Below, piece after piece: positions 45,066-61,926 of a DNA stretch of 64,000 nucleotides; the stretch's first letter is position 1; every line of letters begins with the position of its first letter. The notes under the pieces are model-generated. The model searched no databases. It saw only the letters and a program-made list of their open reading frames with translations, and had not been told where the DNA came from. Position numbers and translations under genes: made by a program. Source of the stretch: the human T2T-CHM13v2.0 reference genome, Homo sapiens; assembly GCF_009914755.1 (NCBI RefSeq), contig NC_060929.1, one strand, 5' to 3'.

Positions 45066-45789
45066 TATATAACAGTTATCATTATTTCTTAAACACAACT
45101 TGGATTATCCCCCAAATCATTTAGAAACCTTTAGAGGTTTCTGTTTCTTTGACATTCCTAAAGCATATTCTGTGGAAGTTTGGCAGGGTTGTGAAAAGTT
45201 CCCTAAAGAAAGAATCCCGTATTCAGTTAAGATTGGTGAACACTGGATTACACAAGGATAACTAGGTCTGTTGACTGAAAGGCTTCTAGGATCCTTCAGT
45301 AAGCTAATGTACATTGTGAACCTAAAGGATCAAAGGATAGAATGCATTGTTTCCCAGAGTTATTTTGCTACACCTTGTTTTTTCATGTAGCATCTGGAGG
45401 GACCAGCATACTATAGAATAAAGACCAATTGGCCCAATATTTTGCCTCTTACTTAGTATTTTCCAACACAAACCTTCAGGCATACTTGACTAAATAAAAT
45501 CCTCTTTTTGCTAGTTCCTTTTCTGCAAAGCCTTTGCTGTGTTACTCTTTTTGTACACACCGTAACTGCCTTACTGTTGTGGTTGTTTCTTCTTAAGTTC
45601 AGACTGTTTCCCAACTAGCTTATGAGATCCTAGAGCACAAAGATTGTATAAAGGATACCAGGCTCCATGGAGGCAGAAATGGCTCCTGCTGTTAAGGCTC
45701 ACCCTTTCCCTTTCTCTTATCTCCCCTTCCTCTGTCTCTTCCTTTTTTTCCTCTCCCTCCCTCTGCATATATAATTTTTTTTTTTTTTT

Positions 45790-47180
45790 GCTGAATCGTT
45801 TGAGAGTTTTTTGCAGCATCATGACACTTAAATATGTGTCTCTTAAAACCAAATACATAATTCCATTTATTCTTCCATATACAGTCAGCACATTAACATT
45901 AATCACAATACTGTTTTGTACTATAAAGTTCATACTCAAATCTCTTCAGTTGCCCAACAGTGCCCTTCATAGCTAAACTGCAGACTTTATTCAGATTTCA
46001 CCAGTTTTTCTGCTGTTGTCTTTTTTCTGTTCCAGGATCCAATCCAGGATCCCACAGTGCATTTAGTCACCATGTCCCCTTAATGTCTTCTCATCCATGA
46101 CAGTTCCTCAGCCTTTCCTGGTTTTTAATGACCTTGACAGATACTTTCAAAGTTTACTGGCCAGTTATTTTGTAGAATATCCCTCAATTTGGGTTTATCT
46201 GATGTTTTCTCATGATTAGATGGAAGTTACGTATTTTTCACAAGAACGCCACAGAGGTGACAGGCCTTTCTTAGTGCATCATATCAGTGGGTACATATGC
46301 CCATGGCTTTTATTATTGGTGATGCTGTCAGTTAAGGTAATGTCTACCAAGTTTCCCTGCTGTAAAGTTAATATTCCTAAATATCTTGTGAGAGTTACTT
46401 TGAGATTATGCAAATACCCTATTTCACCTCAAAATTTTGTCCACTGATTTTAAAAGCATTTGTGGATCTTGCCTATAGCAGTTATTACTACACCATTAAA
46501 AATGGTGCTCTCTTGGGCACAGGGAGGGGAGCATCACACACTGGAGTCTGTCGGGGGTCGGGAGGTAGAGGAGGGATAGCATTACAAGAAATACCTAATG
46601 TAGATGACGGGTCGATGGATGCAGCAAACCACCATGGCATGTGTGTACCTATGTAACAAACCTGCACGTTCTGCACATGTACCCCACAACTAAAGTATAA
46701 TTTAAAAAATGGTGTTCTAGTGGTGATTTTCTATTTTCCTCATTCCTTCTACATTAATTAATTGGAATTATTCTATAAAGAAGAGCTTCTCTGTTTATAT
46801 ACCTATTCAATTTTTAATTTGTATTGGTGTAGGCTCCTGGGTATTCATTTTGTTCTGTGGGTTGCAACCCAGTACTGCCATCATTTGTTTTGTTGCTCTA
46901 ATTATTCCAGCCTTGACCATTGGGAGCTCTTTCAGGTTGGCGCCTGTTCTCATTTTCTTTTTTAAAATAATTTTTTTTAACTTTTCATCTTGAAATGAAT
47001 TCAGACTTTTAAAAATTGCAGAGAAAAGAGTTCAGAAAATTCCTTCCTGCCCCATTCATTTATTTTGTTAGTTAGTTGTATTATTACAGAAGCATGGAAT
47101 TCTTATTTTATTCTATGGGTTATAATCCATTCCTGTCTACTTATTTTGTTGCTCAAATTGTCTCAAATTAGGCCATTATC
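45790..47180 (-). mobile_element. Old L1MC-type fragment
   Basis: CCAGGATCCAATCCAGGATC...GCCAGTTATTTTGTAGAATATCCCTCAATTTGGGTTT...TTATTTTGTTGCTCAAATTG. Confidence 0.75.
46512..46704 (+). mobile_element. L1PA 3'-end fragment (~190 bp) with 14-bp TSD
   Basis: GGGAGGGATAGCATTA...ACCTATGTAACAAACCTGCACGTTCTGCACATGTA; AAAAATGGTG(C/T)TCT at 46498-46511 and 46705-46718. Confidence 0.92.
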
Positions 47181-47231
47181 TCTGATGCTTTTTAAGTGTA
47201 CATAAACTGACCTTCAGATTTTTTTCCTTAG

Positions 47232-47354
<123 letters not shown>

Positions 47355-48940
47355 TAAGGCTTTATTGATGAATCACTTCAAACCCTCTTGTCTTAAAAGT
47401 GCCTCGCAGCAAGCCTCACACCTAGTGTGAATATCTGATACATTTTATTAAATGAGTCTTTGAACATTGTCTTTTAATGTGAGATTTAAAATGAAAATGC
47501 AGCATAAAGCTCTTAAGGACTGGCGGAAAGAACTACTGGCAAGTAAAAGCCAGGCAAACAAACTGCATGGATCTCCACATTATTGTATTGTGATTTACTC
47601 TCTTTAGTAACATTCATAATCTGAAGACCAGTCGATAAGAACAGTAGTTGGCATTTATATCTATAAGTTATAATCTCATATTAGAGTATGGGTTACACAG
47701 AATAGGAACCAGTAAGATCATTACACCTGCATATGCCTTATTATCAGGATAAAAAATTAACAAATCCATCTCATTTTCAGTGTAGTGGAATTTTACTCTA
47801 CTTATGACAGTTTTGTCAAAAAAATTTTTAGATTTTTTATATTCCTGCAATATCCTTAAAAATTGACAGGGAACAAGAATAACCCTAACTGGAAAGAAAA
47901 ATATGAAGTAGAGAATTGAGGTACAATGACAGTAAAGATGAGTACAAGCCATGCTTTTTTCAGACCAATGGTTCTCTTTTATTTTCCCCTTGCATAAAAT
48001 AGGAGGAAAAGATCAATTTTCATTTAATAATCACAGCTACTGTGAACAGTTATTTGGTAGTTCCTATTTCTTTCTATCCCAGCAGATCTTGGTTAGCAAG
48101 AAGTGTTGAATCTCCCTTCTGTTGCCTCTTCCATTTCACCCATTTAGAGTTCTCTCAGTACAACCTTTCTCTTCCTCTGCAAGTCATAATGACTTAGTTT
48201 GCACAGGATCTCAAAAATTAGGTACCTACCTTTAACGAATTTCTCATATCATGAAGTCTGTCTTTTGCCTCTATTGTTTTCTCTATAGATTGAAAATATT
48301 GGATGTTTCCTTGTTGCTTAGAGAAAACATTGTATATCTGTAAAATATTGCAAATTAACAAGTAATTTGCAAAATGCATAGGAAAAATGTCATTTTTAAA
48401 TATTAGAATAGGTATATTTCTGAGAATTCAGTGTTCTCATGGTATTTGTTATGCTGCTCACTTTTTGAAACTCCAAACTTAGGTTGTTTACCTGGTCACC
48501 TGAATGACTGAACATAAGAAATACTGTAGAGAGATTTTATAATATTCAGACCTCATTTTGGCTATGTAAGGAAATGGAGGGTTTTTGGATAGGAAGGTTT
48601 TGTTTTTAATTCAAGAGCTTCTTAGTGAAAGTTCAGAAATCAAAATATCAAGGTCCTTGTTTTTTCTTTTAACAAAATATAAGACTTTTATCTGATTTGG
48701 TATTTAAATCAGTACTTGCAAAGAGCCATTGTTGAAAATTCTGTGCTTAACATAGGGGATATGTTAAATTTACGAAATTAGACCTAATAAATGAATATTA
48801 CTACTTATGGTGACATTGTTAATATGATTTTAGTGGTGGAAAAGTAAACACTCCTGAAAACATTATTTCTCCACTTTTTCACAAGGCATTACATTACTCC
48901 TCTAATATTGTATAGTGTTTTAGCCAAGATCCAGGATTGA

Positions 48941-49117
<177 letters not shown>

Positions 49118-49307
49118 TAATCTCATAATCTCTCATGAGGCAGTTTACAGGATTTTGAAGTAATTTTATAAATTGATTCACTGTGTTACAGTTAGAAATG
49201 TGAATTACTCTGAGAGAGAAATTCTTTAAAATAGTTCAGAATATTTTTGTTGGCCTTACACCATTTAATCATGTCTTGTTTTAGATTTTAATATCACTAT
49301 TTTTTAA

Positions 49308-49526
<219 letters not shown>

Positions 49527-49805
49527 TAATTTTTCTTCTGAAAATGTATTACTTGTATCTTCCTACCCTCCCTACACCCTCCTCAAGAATGACACATTTT
49601 AGATTTTTGAAAGACTCAGAGCATGAATAGGTTGCTGATACCTTAATATTTGATTGACATATGAAAACCCAAAGTCTGGGCTCTTTAATTAAAAATTCAT
49701 AGATACTTTATGCTGAAATGGTTTTTGAAGTATACATGCTGTAAATTACTACCATTTTTTAAGTTTCCATGTATTTTTCAGTAATTGGAACTTATATGGT
49801 AATGA

Positions 49806-51140
<1,335 letters not shown>

Positions 51141-51156
51141 TAGAAAACTTCCTTGG

Positions 51157-51442
51157 GGCTGGGCACAGTGACTCATACCTGGAATTCCAGCACTTGGGGA
51201 GGCTGAGGCCGAAGGATTGCTTGAGCACAGGAGTTCGAAACTAGCCTGGTCAACAAAGCAAGACCCTGTCTCTACAAAAAATTTTAAAAATTAGCCAGGC
51301 ATGATAGTGTACACCTGGGGTCCCAGCTACTCAGGAAGCTGAGGTGGGGAGGGTCACTTGAACCTGGGAGTTTGAGGCTACAGTGAGCTGTGATTACACC
51401 ATTGTACTCTAGCCTGAATGACAGAGCAAGACACTGTCTCAC
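51157..51442 (+). mobile_element. Alu (AluJ-like) with essentially no A tail
   Basis: Dimer flanked by AGAAAACTTCCTTGG / AGAGAGCTTCCTTGG. Confidence 0.92.
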
Positions 51443-51776
51443 AGAGAGCTTCCTTGGACCATACTAAAATAAACCTAATTCAGAAATGCTGCTTCTAACA
51501 TTCAGAAGCAGAGTTTTCCACATAAAATTATTACTTATACAACAATAATGTTTGTACTGTTTAAACAGCAATAATTCTTGCCTATGGGCATTTCCGGTTA
51601 ATTGTATAATGGTGATTACTTTTGCATTTGCTGTTGGTCACAAATACCTTCCATTCAGAGGTCACATTTATAGGTGGTTTGGGAAGCCAGACTGAATAAG
51701 AATAATATCTTGCAGACTAATTTCACAAAATCTTACTCCTTTAACAGTAAAAAGATTGCTTTCGTTTAATATGTAG

Positions 51777-51938
<162 letters not shown>

Positions 51939-52116
51939 TAGTGAGCATATAAATGAAATGACTCAAATCACAAAATGAAGCATGTTCAGTAAAAAGAATA
52001 AAGGATATGTCCACGTGTGTGTACTTTAGTTCTTTAAACTTTGAGAAACTTAGTTTCAAAGTAGATGTTTCTAAAGCACCAGAAACATCATGAATTCTGT
52101 TATTGTTAAAAGTTGA

Positions 52117-52437
<321 letters not shown>

Positions 52438-52874
52438 CTACAATATCAAGATGGGCCTTACAAAGGTTTTTTTGGTTTTGCTTTTTGTAGGTAGTAGAGG
52501 TGGTTTTCAGGTACTTCTTTCAACAGTGTACTTGGGCGGTGCCATCTTGGGGTTTCAGTGGTTTACTTTTTATTATAACGAGCATACTTAATCAGGATAG
52601 GAAAATTATTAAACTTTCATTTTTAAATCATGTTGATTCTTCTCCCATATTTGGGCTTTTCTCATCTTTACTCTGAGACTATTGGAATATTGACTATATC
52701 CCAATATTTTTGTCATTTTTCTGATGTTTACTGCTGCTTAAGCTAGATTCTTAGTGTTTAAAAGAGTTTGACTTGGGTTTGTTTAAAGTACATTGCATCC
52801 ATAAGCATAAATGCCATCTGTTGCTAATAAAGTGCTAGTTTGCATTTGTTCATTTTAGATCAGATTGCTAGTGA

Positions 52875-53090
<216 letters not shown>

Positions 53091-54178
53091 TAAATTACAA
53101 AATAGTAGTACGTGGATTTAACTTTCTGCAATTTAGGAAAAACCAGTTTAATTAAAATTTATTTCTATCAAATAGTTTGGGTTTCTAAAAACAAATCACC
53201 CCAATATATTAGTATGAACCACAAATACTTCGTTTTGTATTTCATTTACTATAAATGAAATATTGACTACCTCTACCTTTTAAATTTTTCCAGTGTGTTT
53301 TTAAATGATTGTGTAGCATTGTTGTTTTTAATACTTGATATGTATAAGATATGTATATTTCCAGGTAGCCATGATAAATTGGACAGATGAGGAAGTGTTT
53401 TAACATAACAATATACAAACAAAATTAACATATAACTTGAAAACTTACTACAAGTAAACTAGCACTGAAGCATAAAGTTGAACCTTGTCATCTGCTGAAA
53501 TAAATGAAGACTGAGTTTTATTTTGTATTATACAATGTATACAATAAAATTAATGACCTGATGTGATGAACAGATTGTTTGGTTTAACTTCTTAGATTTG
53601 TGTGTGTATTTAAGAGTGCATTTCTCTTTACCAGTCAGTTAAGTATGTTATCTGTTGGTTGGTCTTAATAAAGATTTACACTACAGTAGATAGGTTGACT
53701 ACTATAAACACTTTTAAAAGCGGCTAAATTTGAGACATGTTCCAGGTCAGAGCTAGTAAATGGTAGAATATGACGCCTAACTCTGGGTTTTCTGTTCCTC
53801 CTCCCATTCTTTCCACCTTTTACTACATAATATGTTAACATTGTTTACTTTAGTCATTAATAAAGTTGTTTTGTGTATTTTGAGAAGACAGAGAATTGAA
53901 TTGTACATTTCAGAAATAGTTTAATCCGAAATTGTTAACTTTTACAGCTTTCTGAAATCTTGACTCTCCAATAAACTGGTTTCCCTGTGGGTTCTGTGAA
54001 AATGTCTCCTAATTAGTAGGTTTTTGAGATGATACAGGAATATGTTAGTTTTGAAATGTTTTTCTTCTGTTTCAGATGTGAATGTGAGTTCATGCAGTGA
54101 AAACTTTAGAAACCAAAGTGTAATAAATACTTTTAATTCTGTCTTAAGTTTATGATAATTATTTCTATTGTCTTATAG

Positions 54179-54310
54179 GGGGATCGGTGGCTCATTTGCT
54201 GAGTAAATATGGAGCCTTCAAAGAATCAGTAGTTATTAACTACACTGAACAGTTACTCCGTGGCCTTTCGTATCTCCATGAAAACCAAATCATTCACAGA
54301 GATGTCAAAG
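54179..54310 (+). CDS. MAP3K1: MAP3K1 exon 17 (132 nt), kinase HRD
   Basis: ttatag|GGGGAT ... TCAAAG|gtgaga; [13 protein letters not shown]. Confidence 0.97.
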
Positions 54311-54325
54311 GTGAGAATTCTTCTA

Positions 54326-54754
<429 letters not shown>

Positions 54755-55014
54755 TTAATCTGCCTTCCTCGTTTAATAGAAAAGTACATTGAATACAAGA
54801 GAGGCTGTGCCTTTTCTACAGTTTTATTGCTAGTTAATGGCAGAAAGTATACAACACAGGTCTCCAGATTCCCTGTCTTGGCCTCATGATACGCTGACTC
54901 CCAGAAAGTTCCTTTTCCTGGTTTTATTTTGAATAATTGGGATATTGGGATATCATCAACTTCTTTTAAGAAAAATTCCTTCAAATCCTTTGTAGGTCCC
55001 ATTATTTTTCTTAT

Positions 55015-55309
55015 CCTTTTCTTTTTTTTGGAGACAGGTTCTCTGTCACTCAGGCTGGAGTGTAGTGTTGCAAACTTGGCACACTGTAACTCATTTCCTG
55101 GGCTCAAGTGATCCTCCCACCTCAGCCTCCCAAGTAGCTAGGACAACAGGTGTGCACCACCATGCCTGGCTAATTTTTTATATTTTTTGTAGAGATGGGG
55201 TTTTGCCATGTTGCCCCCAGGCTGGTCTTGAACTCCTGGGCTCAAGCGACCCGCTTGCCTCAGCCTCCCACAGTGCTGAGATTACAGGCGTCAGCCACCG
55301 TACCTGGCC
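55015..55309 (-). mobile_element. Alu (AluJ-like)
   Basis: GAGACAGG, CCTGGGCTCAAGTGATCCTCCCACCTCAGCC, TTTGTAGAGATGGGG. Confidence 0.93.
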
Positions 55310-55551
55310 TCAGTTTATTTTTCTCAAGAGCAAATTTGGTTTTCTGTCATTAGTCTTTTTAGCTAGTATTTGACATAATGTGTTGAAGTAATTTTATAAC
55401 TTTTTAAATTAAGCTCTAATTATGAATTTAGCGTACGCTAGAGAGAGCTGTGTGCCTTTAGCAAGAATGAAGTGAAAGGAAAAGAGAATAACTGTTTGCA
55501 CCTCTGACATGTAGTTCACTTCTTTCTTTTGTCATTGTCCTAGTTCATTAG

Positions 55552-55968
<417 letters not shown>

Positions 55969-56472
55969 TAATAGATTTACTTAACGGCTGTTACTAATAA
56001 AGAATTCTGGGGTAATTTATAGCAGTTGTTTTGTAATAAACTCAAAGTGCACATAACAAATTTTTAAAAATATTCTCTCTCTATTCTAAAAGGAGATGAG
56101 CATACAGAGGCAGCTCCTGTCTGTAGTGGAAGGAGTTTAAGCATTGTTCTTCTGACTCAGCTTCTTCTGTCGTGTTCATAATTCTTCATGTTCATATGTA
56201 GTAATGATCTGTTGTCCTCTTGCCACATAGTTTGCTAAGAGCAAAATTCTGTGATGGGACTCTGCTTCAGAATCTCACAATTCTCCAAAATATTTTTGTG
56301 CTACCTGGAAAATTAAGCTCATTAATGAAATAAATTAGATATTAGGTAGTCCACAGAATTGCTGTTTGTACCAGTTTTCTCCCTAAAGTAAGGAAGTAGA
56401 ATCTATAACTACAAAATGGCCTTCTCTTTTTCAAATGAGTCCTATTTCCAAATTAACTCTGATTTATTTTAG

Positions 56473-56616
<144 letters not shown>

Positions 56617-56749
56617 TAAAAATTACTTCTTTGTGCTAAAAGGAGTACAGCAGAATTTGGCAGGAGGCAAATTTTGATGGGTTCTCCCTAACAATCTAGC
56701 ATGAAGGTAAATAAATAGTCTGTATATTTATTCAGAGAGGATTTGATAT

Positions 56750-57129
56750 ACAAGTTTTTTACTTTAAGATGGTGCAAAAGCAATACAAATTTGGTAAAAA
56801 CCATACTTTGAATTTTGATTTTTGTCTGAGCTAGCAATATGTGCTATGATACACTGGTGATGCCAGGCAGTGGCAGCGAGTCACAGCTCCCAGTCAGCCA
56901 CACAATCACGAGAGTGAACAACCAATACTCTATAGTGGACTGTGTTGTCAGATGATTTTGCGGAACAGTAGGCTAATGTAGGTATTATAAGCACATTCAA
57001 GGTAGGCCAGACTAAGCTATAATGTTTGGTAGGTTAGGTGTATTAACTGCATTTTCAACTTAAAAAAATATCATCAACTTAAAAGGGGTTTATCACGACA
57101 TAACCTCAGCGTAAGTTGAAGAGCATCTG
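56750..57129. mobile_element. MER47/Tigger5-like DNA transposon fossil
   Basis: GGTAGGCCAGACTAAGCTATAATGTTTGGTAGGTTAGGTGTATTAA...GTAAGTTGAAGAGCATCTG. Confidence 0.75.
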
Positions 57130-57383
57130 TGTATGTGTGTATTTCCAGGAGTTGATATTGTCAATGGTGTTGTCAATGTTAGTGACATACATAGTCACTT
57201 CTTGTTATTTGAGGTAGTTATGCTCTGTTAAGTTGCTACAAATATTGAATTAGCAAATACTAAAACACTGCTTCTAGAAGAAATATGTAGTGTGTTTATA
57301 TGTATATGTATGTGTGTATATATATCCATCCATCACTTTAAAAACGTGAAATTCATGCATTTTACATAATTCAAAAATCTTAA

Positions 57384-57708
<325 letters not shown>

Positions 57709-57854
57709 TAATTTACTATTTTGTATATTTTAAAAATTCACACCCAAGTCAGTTCAGTCCTGTCTGCCTTTCCTACTTTTTTATAACTCACAAATCCATT
57801 CTCTCCTTTTCCACCATAGAATAAGTAATGGTTGATATTCTTAGCTTTTCAGTA

Positions 57855-58070
57855 GATGTGATGGTTGAAATCATGGGCTTTGGAGTCACACTGACCTAGT
57901 TTTAAACCCTGGCTCTACCCCTTAATGGCCATGTAATCATAGGAAAATTATTTTTTGTGTCTACCCTCCATTTTCTCACATGTAAAATTGGTGCAAGAAC
58001 CCCATGAAGCATGTACTTCGTGGGATTACTATGAAGATAAACAAAATTATACCTAGGCCTTAGTCAAGCA
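57855..58070 (+). mobile_element. MIR SINE
   Basis: GGGCTTTGGAGTCACACTGACCTAGTTTTAAACCCTGGCTCTACC...TTTTCTCACATGTAAAAT. Confidence 0.7.
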
Positions 58071-59011
58071 CTCAGCCCACACAGTCAGCTCCACCTGCCA
58101 TAACCTCCTCCAGTGCTCCCCACACTTATTATATAACCTCCTCAGTCACCTCTCTGACAATACCTGTTTTGTATTATCACCTCATTTCCTCTATTCTTTC
58201 AGACGTCCCATGTCCGTTCTCTACGTGGTTCAAATTCTTATTCTCTTTAAGGCCCCCATTTTGTGCTTCTCCTGCTTGGGCACCCCCTTTTTACTCATTC
58301 CAGATTCTCATAGCATTTTAGTACATACTTGTTTCTGACACTTTGTTTCTTGTTTGCTAGTTATGTTCCTATCTTGCTGCCTCTTTCAAACTAATTCTCC
58401 TTGAGGTCCATTCATGTCTGATTCATTTTCTTCTTCCCAGAGTCTTATACAGAAGTTGCTCAATAAATACTCATGGCTAGGATCAATTTGAAAGTTTGAT
58501 GTTATTTTAAGAGTTTTGATGAGACCCTGGAAACAATTGTAAATAATTTTCAAATTGGCACAGTTCATATTTTAACAGATTTCATTGCATTCTCCTTCCT
58601 AGGTAGAGTTTAAAGAGAATTGTACTGTAACATTTTCAGTTTCCTTAATTTGGAGTAAATACTTTGAGGTTTTTGGAAGCACCCCAAAGCTTTCTCAAAC
58701 ACTTCCATACCCTGTTTATGGTAGTATAAATTGCCATAGCACGTTTTTTTAGAGAGTGATTTGGCAATATCTGCCAGAATTTTTAATGCACTTATTCTTT
58801 GACTCAGCTATGCCCATTGTTAGGAATTTACTCAAGATTACCTCTAGAAGTACCAAGTGCCAAGTTCAGGATTATTCACTCTACTCAAGAAAGTAATTAA
58901 ATTATCCACACTATACAGAAATTAAACGAGTATGAAGCTGTTGGTGTTGATTTACAAAGTGCTACAAGATACATTAATAAGTGAAAAGAGCAAGGTATAT
59001 AAAGTGATCCT

Positions 59012-59300
59012 GGCCAAGCACAGTGGCTCATGCCTGTAATCCCAGCACTTTGGGAGGCTGAGGCAAGAACAAAACTTGAACCCAGGAGTTGGAGAGCAGC
59101 CTGGGCATAGCGAGACCCCATCTCTACCAAAAAAAAAAAAAAATTAGCTGGGCATAGTGAGACGCACCTGTGCTCCAGGGTACTCAGGAGGTTGAGGTGG
59201 GAGGATCGCTTGAGCCCAGGAGGTCAAAGCTGCAGTGAGCCATGTTCATATCACTGCACTTCAGCCTGGGTGACAGTGAGAGCGAGACCCTGTCTCTAAA
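59012..59300 (+). mobile_element. Alu (AluJ-like) next to an old L1M fragment (~58680-59010)
   Basis: GGAGGATCGCTTGAGCCCAGGAGGTCAAAGCTGCAG. Confidence 0.92.
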
Positions 59301-59373
59301 TTAAGTTTTCTCTTTTGTAGACATTTTAGAAAATCTTAAGTCTGTGAATATATTGGCCTTTTTTCCTCCACAA

Positions 59374-59421
59374 AACACACACAGACACACACACACCCCC
59401 CCACACACACACACACACACA
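59374..59421. repeat. Interrupted (CA)n microsatellite
   Basis: Directly visible CA run with a C7 interruption. Confidence 0.92.
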
Positions 59422-59676
59422 AATCATCAGTAAGTTACATTTGGGGAAAAGAAGGAAGAGGGACTTTTTTTGTTTTGTATTTTTCCTTTTTGTGGTGTGT
59501 AAGATGTGTATATATCAGCTGAGTATATCATGATACAGGATCACAGACCTTAGAGGATTTTTCTTTATATTACTTTGCATTTTTTAACCCAAAGCATTTA
59601 TGAAATTACTGGGGTAGGGAAAAGAGAGTTTTCTTGTGATTAGGAGTGGATAGGTGAGTTTAAAGTATTCAGACTT

Positions 59677-61231
<1,555 letters not shown>

Positions 61232-61590
61232 GTATTCAGACTTACAATTTGTTTATAAAAAAGTTATTCTTCATAGTGTATTTGATACTAAGAATCAGAA
61301 TTTGTCCAACACGGAAGGAAAAAAACAATGCAGTTGTGTTTTCTATGTACTAAATTGACTCTTCAGTTTTAGTCTTTCTTAATCTAAATAGCTCTATATG
61401 CTGAAGAAATAGAAAACGTGCAGTAAGAACAAACCATCTCGGAGATTGAATATGAGGACAGCAGAATTCATTTGAGTGAATACTTTATCTACCTGAACAT
61501 TTTGATGTACTTAGCCTTGTTGATGTAAATAATAAGGAATAGGATATATTTGATCAAATCCTAAAATCCTAAAATTTGAAAGATTGTTAG

Positions 61591-61926
<336 letters not shown>

